Below are positions 36,137 to 49,430 of a DNA stretch of 64,000 nt, piece by piece. A program made the position numbers and the translations under genes. The stretch is from Hydrolagus affinis (taxonomy: Eukaryota), in NCBI GenBank assembly GCA_012026655.1, contig JAAILG010000205.1:62001-126000 (forward strand), written 5' to 3'. How positions within the stretch are numbered: the stretch's first letter is position 1; each line of letters opens with the position of its first letter. The notes below the pieces were generated by a model. The model saw nothing but the letters and a program-made list of their open reading frames with translations, was not told the origin of the DNA and did no database searches.

Positions 36137-39100
36137 TAAATAATGATTTCGGAGAATGATTTTAAAAAAATGTAATTTGGGTTTCAGATGCTTGAGGTTC
36201 GATTGTTGGTTTGTGATGATATCCAAACTCAGAGGTGCAATTATATGAAAATAAATAACAGCATCCGACCCATAATGTAAATGGAGAAATATGATAGATT
36301 TGTTTTCGGGTTGGACATGAAGTAATTTGCATTAGATTCATTCTGCGTTTTCACATTGATTTCAATTGGATAATTGTAGGGGTGAGATGATATGGTTATA
36401 AAGATCCAATGAGAAGGCTCTATCTCCACTGCAACAAAGATGGTTACGATCTAATAGAAATCTTTATTATTCTGAAAGATTCTAAAAATAGATTCCCCCA
36501 CTTTCCCTGTATCCTGTCCTCCCATTCTCAGGGCCTGCTGGCAGCAGTGATTGGATGCAGTTATTTATTTTCTTGTCATTGCAATTCGTAGCTGGAGTAG
36601 CTTGTTCCAGTGTAAGAATTAGCACCAGCCGAGGCTCGATGTTTCAGAAGATCACCTCTTATGCTGAATTTTCATTTTTACCTTATATAAACTGGATATA
36701 TACATTTGTCCCTTCCAAATATTGTTTCCCCTACTGTCATTTTATGTATGCCATTCAGCATGACAATAGATAGCTTAACTGAGAAGCTTCAGATATATGA
36801 AAATTGTTCAGATAATTGCGAGCCGCAGAAAGCTGAACAATTTTATACCTCTGACTCGTATATCATTTGTAATAAAATAAATGTTTCAAGCATTCAGCAA
36901 AGGTCTGCAACATTTCTCAATTAGGAAATCATTATTTTGAATCAAATGTTCTACTTGAAGCCTACATACTGTACATACGCAAATCACTTCCTAGCTTTTA
37001 TTTATGTGAAGAAATTGTTTTGCATTTTTGTTGGTTATATATAAAGGCTACAGTTTTCACCTGGTTGTTTTGTCAGATCTCTCATTCACTTCATTTAAGG
37101 CCTACAAGAGAAATAAGGATTGGCAATTTCATTCAGTCTGTACCAGACTTTAGTTCAAAGAATAAGACTGAGAGATAGAGATGGCAAATGAAAAGCAGTC
37201 TTATTCTTATATGATTATTAGGAGCTAGAAGTCTGGCTGAATTTATTTCTACCTATCTCTGGGTACTGAACAACAGGAACACCAACAATGTGTATTTATA
37301 TAGCACCCTACATCATCCTTGCTTGAGTGCTGCAAACTCAATAGTAATGCCTCTATGGTTTCTGTGGCTAAGATCAGGAAACTTGGCTCACACCAGGAAT
37401 CAAATCTAGTCTTTACCCAACTGAGCCATTGAGGAACTAGATGGAACCTTATTTTAGATTAACAAAAATTTATTCCAGAATGTTTGGATCTAAAGTCTCC
37501 CAAGTGTTGTCCAGAGTTGTTCGTAACTGCAAATAAGTTATGGAAAAGTATACAAACAGTGTCTGTGATAATTGTAGATAGAATTTTTTTTAAAAAAAAC
37601 CTGGACAGTGAGCTTTCAATTAACCAATTAATGAATGAATTGTAACACAATAATCTCATATGTACTGTAGCTTCAAAGAGAGAAATATGATAACCACCGC
37701 TTGTGGCAATTACAATATCACTTCATACAAAAGCCGTGGTTACCATGTTTCTCTATTTGAAGCTACAGTACTATTGAGTTTGCAGCAGATTTGGTTCAGA
37801 TTTGAAACTGTCCATGTTTATTGTATCATTCAAAGATTCTGCAAAAAATAACCCTGTTATTTGTATTTCCGAGAAGATGTTATAAAGGTCATCGCAGACC
37901 TTTTTATCTAACTGACAACATCTTCACTTCCAGAAGCTGTGATTGAAGCAAAAAGCATCAACATATTTAAGAGGAAACTTGATGCATACATGAGGGAGAA
38001 TGCAATAGAGCAGAATAGGAAAGTGGAGGCTCATGTGGAGTTCAATCACCAGCATGGATTAGTTGCACCAAATGGCCTGTTTTCATGCTGCATCATTCTG
38101 TGCAACACTATGCAATTTCTTAGATTACTAATTTATAAATTGTCTTCTCTGCTGTTTTCTTCAAAAAAGCACCTGAAAGAAGACAGCATGCCATAGTTTT
38201 AAAACATTGTTATCCCTGTGAATCTGAGGTCTCAATCAAGCAAATGCGAATGAACCTATCAATTTAGTGTTTACTGTAATAATGTCATACCCCTTCAATT
38301 AATTGAGTATGTTTAAGGTTCCAAGAGAATCAAACAGTATTGATGATATGAAAATTGTCATGTTAAAATAGGTTCATTGTCAGGAGAGGCAACAGCAAAA
38401 GAAAGCCCATCTGCATAGAAGATTTTGGGTCAGTGAGTATCTGACCCATCACCATTCATGTATCTAAACCAAAAAGAGTTCCATGCACCCCTACGTTTTG
38501 GCATTCCTGTATGTTGGAATGCAATGCGCACTCTGCTTTAACTTTCAGGTGTGTTTTTTTTGCATGAATAACTTTGTGAAGTAAATGCTCTTCTTTTTGT
38601 TCTATTGCTCACTCATGCTTTGCAGCTCGAATTGCTGTCTGCTCACAAGCTAACAGAAATGTAAAGCATCGGGTGATGTTGTATAGCAGATAAAAATAGC
38701 AATATTAGGATTTTGCTAAAAAGAAACTGAATAACAATCCTGCTGTCTTTCTGGGGGTCAGGATGTTTTGACTTCTAATCCTTCCTCGGGGACATTATAT
38801 CTCAACCTCTGATTTTTCCTCAGGGAGAACATGTGTGAATAAACAACTTTTCTTTCCCACCAGTTTTTGCTGTGGGCAACATGAAATCAACAGCTGAATT
38901 GCTGCCTCATGTTTGGAGCACTGGGAAATCATATTTGCATTGCATTCACTTTAGATTAACAAACACCAGTTTATATTTGGTTACCGGTATGCAATATTTT
39001 TATAACTTTTGGTTTCATTGCTTTCAGAGCCTTGGGACATTCTCCTGACGTGAAAGGCGCTATACAAGTATAATTTTATTGTTGTCATTTTTGTCGTTGG

Positions 39101-40299
39101 TACTTTTCTTGAATTAAAAAAAAAAATTACACGAGAAAGCCTCATGTGTTCATCAGCACTTAGAATCCATCTTGATTGGCTTGCAGCTATTGCTTAAGCT
39201 CTGCATCACCAATTGGTGGATCCATTGTTCAATGGGACAGTATGACCCAACGGAGCACAGGAAGATGGTGGTAATGCTGATGTGTCACCATAGAGCTGAA
39301 CCAACTCCAATGTGATATACTTGGTAACAGAATGTTGGAATCGCGTCCATCCTCTACAGTAGTCTATGTAGTCCAGTTCTTTAACCAGGTGGGTCTACAG
39401 TGCTCCAAGGCACTGCTGATGACAGCACAGATTCATCAGCAGGACTTGAAAGAGCACACCAGTCATAGGGGCAGGGAATCATCCCACTCAGTTCCCTTTA
39501 AACCCGCAAGTTAAGCTCTAACTAACAGGTAGTGTAGATGTTGTTGGACAAGCTGCGGCAAAGCTTGCCAGACAGTGCTTACAATGGCAAGCTATGCAGG
39601 TTTAGTTGGTTAGATTCTAAGAGTACTCCAACTCACACTCTGAATCCCCAAGCCTTAGCCCTTGCCAATCTGTGGCTCATACTAATTTGGAATTTGGAAG
39701 TAGACAAACAGGATACAACCCTCCAGAGAGGCATTCTATTCCAACAAATATCTCTGGAATTTCCACGTGTCGGTGAATTGCATGGAAGTGTTTTTGGTTT
39801 GGATACATTTTCCACATGTATCAGACACCCTACTGACCATAAAAAAGCTGAGGACTTCACAGATACTTTGCACATTGGTAACTGCAATTAAAATGTTAAT
39901 TGAGGTTAAATAGTAATTCTGAACATATATTCAATTATACTTGACTACACATCAATAAAATACACATCAACAACAAAATTACATTCATAGAGCGCCTTTC
40001 ACATCGGGAGGATGTCCCAAAGCGCTGAAACTACATACAGTACTGTATAAACTACATCACTACATATTCTGTGAAGTATACTCTACTAATTGATTAATAT
40101 GTATACAAATGTATACAGAGATTCATGGAATCAAGTTCAAAAGAATGAGTACTATGTGTAACAACAACAACAAATTAAACATCTATAGCGTCCTTCATAT
40201 CAAACAGATATCCCAGAGCACTGGACAATCAGGGGTTTTGGACCTGAGCAGGAGTTCAGTCAGAATGGGAGGCAATATGGACATATCTTTACTCTACAC

Positions 40300-40540
40300 A
40301 CCTAATAATAATCCTTCCACAAAAAACACAATAATAAAATTGGTAATAAAATTGGTGATACAATTGGTCATTTCAATCCACGACGGTTTGTGGGACACTG
40401 CTGTGAGCAATTGGCTGCCAATTTCACCCACAACTATACGGTCAATTCATGTTACAGTATATTCTGTGAAGCGCTTTGAGACGTCTAGAAGATGTGAAAA
40501 GCGCTATAGCAAAATGCAAGGATAATTATTATCATTATTA
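40300..40540 (+). mobile_element. SINE, short subfamily, lacking head, with small internal duplication (aaattggt x3)
   Basis: Core and tail are well preserved. Confidence 0.85.
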
Positions 40541-40643
40541 TTATATATTGGGAATTGTTTTTCACTTTGAAGGGAATCGATAATTGGAACAAATTGCCAG
40601 GAAGGATGGTTGATGCCAGAACACTGGACACATTTACAAAGTA

Positions 40644-40857
40644 CAGTAAAAGCCTATTTATCCAGCACCCGATCAACCGTAACTTCTGTATAACCGTCAC
40701 CTCAAAAAAAAAAGTCTGCATTCAATTAACCAGAATTTATATGGAAAAATGTTTCTTTTTTAAAAAAAATTGGGGACGTTTTCGGCCGAATATCCAGCAC
40801 GCGCTTTAACCAGCATTGGCCAGGTCCCGAGGGTGCCGGATAAACAGGCTTTTACTG
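40644..40857. mobile_element. Tc1/mariner (Tigger/pogo-like) MITE inserted in a CR1 3' fragment
   Basis: The 27-bp TIRs are CAGTAAAAGCCTATTTATCCAGCACCC / GGGTGCCGGATAAACAGGCTTTTACTG (2 mismatches). The TA TSD is at 40642-40643 and 40858-40859. Confidence 0.92.
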
Positions 40858-40964
40858 TACCTAGGTGTTGCGATTGGAAAATAGGAGGTTAGGTAATATG
40901 GGGGAGTGATATTAGATGAGCCAAAACACTTTCCTCATCCAAACTGATCATCCAAACTGATCCA

Positions 40965-41415
40965 CTGCCTGCAATCTCACCTGCACTAAACTCTGCACTA
41001 TGGTTATCCTAGTTCTAGCCAACTCCATTGGCTCCCTGTCACACAGCAAATCAACTTCAAAATCCTCACTCTAGTATTTAAATCCTTCCAACCTCCTCAC
41101 AGCATTACACGCTGCCTCCGCTCTACTGGCTCTGGCCTCTTCCGTGTCCCTCGAATCCTCTGCTCCAGCATCGGCATCCATGCCTTCAGGCATTACACCC
41201 CGAAGATATGGAACTCCCTCCATCAATCTTTCACCTTGCCCCCTCTTTCCCCATTTTCAGGTTATGCCCTGAAAGATCTTCCTCTTCAATCGTGCCTATG
41301 GTCACCTTCGCCCTCCCCTGGCTTGGCATCGGGCTCCACCATCATTAAGTGCTCTGGGAAGCCACCCGGCATGTAGGGCACTATTTGAAGGCAAGTTGTT
41401 GCTGTTGTTATTGTT
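40965..41415 (+). mobile_element. L2 LINE 3' fragment
   Basis: Encodes LAQLHWLPVTQQINFKILTLVFKSF...AFRHYTPKIWNSL, followed by the tail. Confidence 0.85.
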
Positions 41416-42511
41416 GTGATCTTGTAAATGACCTGGATTTATAGGATCCCGTGCAATATAATGAAATTAGCAGGTGACATCAAGTTGGGGGTACTGTGCA
41501 ATCAGAGTGAGCAACAGGGAATAATACTTTTATTACTTAGGATTACATCCAACTTTCTTTAAAAATAAAACTGGACACTGTAGCATACAAGTGTTTCTGA
41601 CAATGACTTGGCTTTCCAATACAAATAAGACACAAGAGCCCTTTCTGACAGCCAAGAGTGGGAATGCATTCCACTGGCAATAGGTACATCCAAGGTTCAA
41701 TCACAACTTCAATCACAATTTCAACCTCAGTTCAGGATGGATTCCAAGAAAGCCAAGCAATGTTCCCATTTCTGCTTGCTTTCCTGAGACTTCTTCTGAA
41801 AACATCCACATTGAAATCTGGGATAAGCAACAAATGTGTTTTTCAGCAATGTAAAAGCTTTTCAGATTAGAAATCAGAAAGAATACAGTATGGGCGAAAT
41901 ACAGAAGGATTGTTTTTGTTCATGTATTACAGAAATAGAAATTTGGGAGCAGGGAATCCTAAGGGAAAAACAGTAATACAGGAATGTAATAAATGGGAAA
42001 ACATGCAGCACCATACATTCAAAAACACCCACACGATATGCTTCTCACGCAGGATTTGCGTTCCAAATCTACTGCGGTATTAAGGGAATGTTGCATTATT
42101 AAAGGCAACATCCTTACTTTTAGATTAAACTGCATTTCTGTCTGCCTGTTTTTGATAGTTGTTGAAAATCCCATATCATTATTTAGTGGAAGATCAGAAA
42201 ATGTTCCTAGGTTCTGGCCAATATTGCTCCTTCATTCAAATTTACCAAAACAGATTAAATCTTGTCACAACACTTCCAAAATAATTAATTTGAATCTACT
42301 ACTGTACTTTGAAACATTTTGATATGATAAAGTGGTGTATCAGATTAAATTATTTTCACCATTAAAACTGCCTTTTCTCCTGCTTTAATATTACCTGTAC
42401 AAAGTTTCAGGACATAGTTTTCTGACCAAGCTATTTAGCTCAATAGAGTAAGGAGAAAATAATCTGTCTCATTAGCCAGAGGGCTAAAGTAGACAGGAAA
42501 AGAATATACTG

Positions 42512-42851
42512 TAATAATAATATTCCCTGCATTTCATATAGTGCCTTATCACGTTTTCGAGATGTCTCAAACCGCTTCACAGAATATACTGTAAAGTGAA
42601 TTGATTATATTTTTGTGGGTAAAATGTGGCAGCATTGTCCCACAAACAGTCTTAGATTAAATTACCAAATTATTATAATTTATACCCTGAAAAAGCAATC
42701 CACCAATCAAATAACAGCCAGATTCATGCTTACTGCTGGTGAACAAAGAGGCGTGTGGAGGAAGGAAATTTGCCTAACATTTCGCCCTGCCTGGGAATCA
42801 AACTTGGGTTCTCTCGCTTACGAGGCAATTGCTCTCACCATTAAGCTACAG
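42512..42851 (-). mobile_element. tRNA-derived SINE, long subfamily
   Basis: The reverse head ends ...gcaattgctctcaccattaagctacag, and the tail is at 42512. Confidence 0.85.
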
Positions 42852-43899
42852 TAGCATATGAGCACAGCAGTCAGTCCACATTGACCTTCCACATTTTGTT
42901 GTGTGATGGCATAGATTACTATTGAGGTCTATGAAACGTTTGCTTATTTGCTTGCCTGAGAATTTGCCATAGTATGTCCTGAGGAAATTGAAGAGGCCAG
43001 AAAATAATTATAGTAAACTGGGAAAAAAGGACAATAAATCCTCAAATTCCTTTTGGAAGTGCAATTTCCAACTTTTTTTTGACCCATAATAATAATATCA
43101 TAGAAACATATAAATTCACAGTAAAGACAAACTCGATACAACAACAAATAACAACAAAATCATATTGATACAGCGCATTTCATGTCGGGAGGACGTCCCA
43201 AAGCGCTGATAGAATACTCTAACTTCAATCTAATAATGTATACAGGGTAAGCATCACCTCCTTGGTGTTACATTTTTTTATCCTAAGTATAAAGTTTAGA
43301 CTCCCATGAAATTTCTTCACAGCTTCATCTTCCTGCCTTTCCACCTTCAAAGTTTTTTGTATTGTAACCCCTGCTGTTCTCCTTTTTCAAAAAATACAGT
43401 ATCATATGTACTTCAATGATTCTTATAACATCTGAAAGGTCTCGGGGTCAGAGGTGAACTGTTAAATGCATGTAACTACTAATCAAAAAGATACACAATC
43501 TACTTTTACAAAATAAATGGTGTAATTTATCCTCACCGGTGGGAGATATTCTATTTTTTCATAAAGTGTCAAATATAATGTAGGTCACAGTTCTACTTAG
43601 GAGAGTCTTATATACACTGGTCACAGAATTTCTTCAAACAGGTCCAAATTATTCCTCAGTCCACTTGCAGTGATGACATTATAGTCATCAATCCTTTAGA
43701 GCAAACATTATCATCATCTATAATATGACACTGGTAGGCAGTGTTCTCACTAATCACTGCTGCATCCTGGCATCAGCTAACTCAATTGGGGAAACATGCT
43801 GCACAATGTGCTCATGTAGAACTGACTAAATGCTCCAAATGAAAATAGATCCATTTCTTCTTGTCTCCATTCATCTGTCAAACCCTGGTAAATATCATT

Positions 43900-44290
43900 A
43901 GATGGCAGTTAGAGTACTGTGTCCAGTTATGATGACCTAAACCAGAAGGTTGTGACATCAAGCCCCATGTTTAACTTTAGGGGCTCAGCTGACCCTTAAA
44001 TACAGAACTGAGTAAGTGCTGCAGTGAGAAGTACTGTCCTTTGGATGATACTTTGAAATGAGGTACCATCTGTCTGTACAGATGGATGTTAAAGAAAAAG
44101 AGAAGGGAGATTCTCCTGATGTCCTCATCAACAATCCTCCAGATGAAATTGGTAATTTGCTTCATAGCTGTTTGTGGAACATTGCTTCTCATATATTCAC
44201 TGCCACTTTCACATACATTTCACCGTAAACTCGTATGAAGTACATTAAGTAGTTCAATGAAGACACATGCAAGAATTATAATTACAAGGA
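43900..44290 (+). mobile_element. Old Deu-domain-type SINE
   Basis: gtgctgcagtgagaagtactgtcctttggatgatac...atggatgttaaag...gggagattctcctgatgtcct...gctgtttgtggaacattgct. Related copies lie at ~42060-42330, 44960-45330, 50870-51200, 59860-60170, 60255-60460 and 62220-62620. Confidence 0.6.
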
Positions 44291-46394
44291 TGTACGAACA
44301 ATGCAAATATATATATTTTAAAAGTCACAGATAATAATATATCCTGCAGTGAATACAAGTTTGTTATTTTCTTCCTTCTATCACATTAATGTATTGTCTG
44401 CTTTTGCAGACAGACATATTGTGATGAGTACAGTGAGAGCCCTTCAATCTTTTGGAGGCTTTGTTTCCAGCTCACTTTATGTCATTTTGGTAAAAAAAAT
44501 TGAAAAATGTGTTGGTAGTGAATATTTGGTTTTAAGATTATTTGCAGACTTTTAAATCGCTCAATGAAGACACAGATATGTAAATGAAGAGCCATTTCTT
44601 TATTTATCAGTAATCTCATTGTGTTGAGATTCAGTTCTAGTCAAATATTTTCATGAAGAGAATACTTCTTTCCTGGATATATTGTCCACCTCCGTACCAG
44701 AGTGTTGTAATGATTCAATTTGTAATCATCAACATAACATTTCAAGTTATTTCCTGCATGAGACCCCCAGGAAAATGTAAGAAGAACTAGACCCTGGTAA
44801 TTTATCGTCTAGCATTTCCTATGTACTTATGTTCCTATTTAATCACTGAGGATGAAGCGATACACTTTTTGCTAAAATGGTAAAATATGGGTCCATGCCA
44901 GTTATTTCTTCAAAATTACATAGCTGATCATTTCTATATCTCCATTAAGAGGTTTTAATAATTTTAACAATCCATTTGGTATGGTGCCTTTCATTTCAGG
45001 AAGACGTGTCATGGTGGTTCACAGGGCAGACTGTAAAGTAGTGTCGGTGTATTTGTATGTAAACCCAATTTACACACAGTAATGTCTTACTAACAGCCAT
45101 CATGTGAAGGACCAATTTTATCTTGGGGATTGTTGGACAGGATACCAGGAGAAATTCCATTCTCTTTATGAATAGCGTTATGGGATCTTTAACATTTACC
45201 CACTAAGACAGATGGGAATTTTAATGTCTCAGTCAAATGGGTGTGCCTTCAGCAACTCAGCACACCAACATTACATTAGAATGTAATCTTAAACAAAGTC
45301 CCAATGTGGGGCTTCAACCCACAACATATTTCTGTGTTCCTGGTTTTCTTTTAACTGTAGTTTTCCATAAGACTTACTTGGGGCCACGAATTGAAGTAAG
45401 TAGGGAAAGGCTTCAGATTTCTGGTCTTTCCCAAAGGTACTCTTCCTAAGGGTGAGTGACTTGAGGAGTTTGAGTTTGCTTATCAGAGTGACATTTCTCA
45501 GCTGCCCTTTATTTGACTGGCCACGGCTGCAAAGATTTTTTCTCTTTCCTTATATGACCTTCCTGAAGGCTGATGCTGAATTACAGTACATTTCAATAGG
45601 TATCAATAGCTCTTTAGTTATCATAAGTAGAAGCCTATTTGCCTGATGAAGATAGCATAGCCAATACCAACCCTGTCTTCACCTTTGTCCTCCATGTGCA
45701 CTTCTTTCAAGAAATATTGGATTGGAACCCTAAACAGGATTTATTGGCTAATATTTCTCTTCCTTTGCCCAGGAGTGGTGAGATCAACTGATGCTCTAAC
45801 TCAGATTGGGTAACTCATATCGACCATTCCATCAGGATAAACACTGTTAATATAAGTCCTGCCTGAGGTTTGATAATTTTGTTTTTGTATTCTCTAGTCA
45901 TCTTACATTGTTGCATTCTTGTATAAGCAGTCCAAGACTCTACCCCATGTGAAGGGTAGAGCTATGTAAATGCAAGTTTGTTGTGGTTGTTGTATTGCTC
46001 ATTCCTCAACAGTTTAAATGCTTGGGCATACATATGTTCAATCTATATTTATTGCTCCATTGGCAAAAATTCAAATGCAAGGATTATTATTATTACATTG
46101 AATTAGCTTCAATAATAACTATTCAAGAAGGGTGCAAGGGATAAGCAGGAGAACTCCGGGTTAGTTTTACAACACCAAAAAAATTACATTTGTATAGCAG
46201 CTTTCACGTCGGGAGGACGTCCCAGTATAGTGCAAATAAAGCAATAAGACATTATTGCACTATAAGAGACCAGATTAATGATTACTTTAATAGACATGAA
46301 TTAATCAGGACGGTGAAATTAGATACACATTCTTTTTCTGGAGGGAATATCTAATTCTGGAAACTGTTGGGTGCAAGTTGGCTTCTTCATTTCA

Positions 46395-47050
46395 TATTCA
46401 ATGACCCTAATGTTGATGTAGGGGGTACAGTATCAAAGTTTGGGAATGATACCAAGCTAGGAGATATCATGAATAAGGGAGGAGAATGACAAGGCACTCT
46501 AAGAAAACTTGAATAGTTAAGCACAGATAGGCAGATCAATGACAGATGAAATTTAATTAAACAAAATCTGGGCGATTCATTTTGGGAGAAAAAAATGAGA
46601 GAAGGGTGTAAATTGAATGATAATCATTTGCAAGGAATAGAGGAACAAAGGGATGTGGTAGTACAAAAGTTGAAAGTGCAAGTGAGAGACAAAAAAAAGT
46701 TCATTCGGGATTTTATACATTGGTGTGTACAGTATGGTGCAAATAAAGCAATAATGCTATTTAAGAACAAGTCACTGATTAGTCCACAGCTGGAGTACTG
46801 TGTTCAGATTAGAGCACAACATATCAAGAAAGATGTTAAGGGCTTGGGAGGAGTGTAGATGAGATTCCAACTTTATTAAATTCTTTGAAGATGTAATAAA
46901 TAGAGTAGATAAGGAAAATCCAATGGATGTAGTGTATTTGGATTTCCAGGACCTTTGATAAAGTGCCACATGAAAGATTTATGACCAAAATCAGGGCATG
47001 TGAAGTTATGGGAGAGATACAAGAACAGATTAAAGGATGGTTAGAAATCT
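46395..47050 (+). mobile_element. Rearranged CR1 LINE fragments
   Basis: Encodes SKFGNDTKLG and SLISPQLEYCVQI, then FFEDVINRVDKENPMDVVYLDFQ..FDKVPHERF. Confidence 0.85.
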
Positions 47051-47526
47051 AGTAAGTGAGCACTCAGTGATGGGTCATGACTATTTCCTGCGCTTGTTTC
47101 ACGTGGAACACTGCGCTGTGTTTTCAATGCAGTTGGTAAGTGCATTAGCGGTGTTATGGGTTAAGAACTGACTTGGGGAGAATTTAAGATATAGGATAGG
47201 CTTGGGACCAAGAAATTGTTATTATTCAGCCGTTTACCTGATTTATAAAATATTACTAGTGAAAAGAAATCTAAGTGTTTTTTAGCAGGAAAATTAATGG
47301 GGCTTAGTTGGATTTTCCACTTAAGTGATTAAATAATTCTTATGTGAGTTTTACTACCCACACAAAGGAGAAGGGAATGGATGGGTATGGCAACTTATGT
47401 GGAGAAAAACACCGGCATGGACTATTGGCCTGTTTCTATGTAAATATATGTAAACCTATTTGTGACCAGGGCTCCCTCTGCTGCCTCGTCCTTTTGGATC
47501 TCTCTGCCGCGTTTGTCACAGTCAAC

Positions 47527-47882
47527 TAGGGTCCGTCGATATTGAAATTTTCTGACATCGATATATCAGTTTGCCCATATCGATATATTCCGATATATCG
47601 ATAGACGATTTTTCGGTATCGCGTTTTTTTTGTCCTGCGCATGCGCGCGCATTCCGGTGTGTGCGCACGCATTCGGATATCGATAAGGTAAGTTGAAAAA
47701 GTCCGCATTATACTGATATATACCGATATATCGCCGGAAACGATATATCGATATTTGCGATATATTGATTTTTTTTTCTCGATGTATTGAATTTTTCGAT
47801 ATATCAATATATTTTAAATTCCGATATTGGCATATCGATATGAAAATTATATCAGATATAACCGATATATCGCCGGACTCTA
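47527..47882. mobile_element. Young non-autonomous hAT element (MITE) inserted in an L2 RT fragment (~47460-47925)
   Basis: The TIRs are TAGGGTCCGTCGATAT / ATATCGCCGGACTCTA (14/16). The 8-bp TSD is CAGTCAAC (47519-47526) / CAGTCGAC (47883-47890). The element is CpG-rich, and its flanks rejoin as LVLLDLSAAFVTVDHAILLHRL. Confidence 0.92.
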
Positions 47883-47931
47883 CAGTCGACCATGCAATCC
47901 TCCTCCACCGCCTTTACTCCCTCATCTTTGC

Positions 47932-48225
47932 AGTCCTGTAGCTCGGTGGTTAGAGCAGGCGACAGACCTGCGTTCAATTCCCGGTAGGGCAAACCCTTGG
48001 GCAAGTTTCCTTACTCTGTAATCTTGATAATAATCCCTCAAGAAAGAAAAATATATAATAATTGTTTGTGGGACACTGCTGTGTATAGCTTAACTGACTG
48101 CCATGTTTCGCCCACAAAATATACAGACCATTCACTTTACAGTATATTCTGTGAAGTGCTTGGAGATGTCTAGAAGACGTGAAAAGTGTTGTATTAAATG
48201 CATGGATCAGTATTATGGATTATTA
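47932..48225 (+). mobile_element. tRNA-derived SINE, short subfamily
   Basis: Head agtcctgtagctcggtggttagagc, then core and tail. Confidence 0.85.
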
Positions 48226-48885
48226 TGTAAATGGGGAAAATTAATTTATTTTCCTGCTCTAACAAGATCTGAATGTTAGTTGGATTTGTGGGAAGGGCAA
48301 GAAGTCACATTTTGTGCAGTTTCTGTGAAATACAATATTAACATGAGAATAAAGTACGCAAAATATCTGCAGATTTTTTTCATTTAAGCGTTCCGTTTCA
48401 TTCCCAAACTTATTGAAGGATACAATGGTTGGGGTTCCTGCCAACATTAAGGAGTTCATTCTCAATTATAAAGAGAGAGATGGAGAGAGATAGTTTACTT
48501 ACACTATCCCAGAACAGCAGCAAGCTAGAGCAGGCTTTTATTTTCCAGTGTTGGAAACTACTGTACCAAGATTTATAATAACATAATCATAATATAATTA
48601 GAATTAATTAATAAAATATTCTGGACAATTGCTTTACTGAAGATGCCATTGTTTAGAAATAAACATTAATTTAAAGTGTGGTATGATCTGTTTATTTGGG
48701 TGGTTCATATAGAGTGTAAAGATTTAGTGTCACTATTTTGAACAGCAAGGCATTCTTGCTATGTAAAGGTCAATACTGTATTCCTCTCTTCATTTAATTA
48801 CTCAAAGCAGATAAGCTGCCACATCTGCCTATATAGCAATGACTATATTTCAAAGTAATAGATTGTGTCAAGTTCTTTGAGATAA

Positions 48886-49357
48886 TCTATACTAATAAAG
48901 ACAAAATGTCTGTGTGTCTGTCCCCCAAGAATGCAATAACTGATTGATGTAGAGACATAATTTATACCTCAAATGAAAGGTCTTGAATGGGGGAGTATCA
49001 TCAGCATATTTTGGGGGGATCTCCAATCATGACCCAATCAAGCTCATCACATATGTATGGACTCCAACAAGGAGTCCTCCCAAATGGAGTGCTCCCAGCC
49101 AGAAGTCCTCCCACTGAGGCCTCCCAACAAAAGTCCTCCCACTAAGTTTTCCTGACGGGAGTTCTCCCAAAAAGATGTGTGTGCAAATATGTGAACAAGG
49201 TATGCTATGAAGTTCAATAGCACATTTTCTTAACCTTAAGGATAAAGATACCTAAGAAGTGAAGATCAAACCTTTCAAGGACAAATAAAAATATTAGACG
49301 AAAGGGAGGCCAATTCAATGATATTTGTTGCAATCTTAGCCTCAACGGTACAGCTAG
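48886..49357 (+). mobile_element. Non-autonomous Helitron-like element with internal short repeats (gtcctccca)
   Basis: Reads A|TCTATACTAATAAAG ... acggtacagCTAG. The 5' ~110 bp align with the reverse complement of 36030-36136. Confidence 0.6.
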
Positions 49358-49364
49358 CTAAATA

Positions 49365-49430
49365 CAGTAGACCCTCGTCGATCGTGACTTTCTCAATCAA
49401 GAATTCAACCATACGTGAAGAAAAAAAGGC
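49365..49430. mobile_element. Possible solo Tigger-like TIR fragment
   Basis: TA|CAGTAGACCCTCG... resembles a TcMar-Tigger end, but no partner TIR was found. Confidence 0.35.

Noticed and set aside
39022-40030. ~1-kb segment bounded by inverted ~60-bp repeats, resembling a TIR transposon
   Set aside because: The apparent TIRs are ordinary L2 3' tails found throughout the window, and there is no TSD.
47526-47807. Repetitive I/Y/R-rich 93-aa ORF
   Set aside because: It is a by-product of the CGATAT repeats in the hAT MITE.
49060-49170. Short spaced repeats (gtcctccca) resembling a CRISPR-like array
   Set aside because: The units are ~9 bp, degenerate and irregularly spaced, and lie inside a Helitron-like element in a vertebrate intron.
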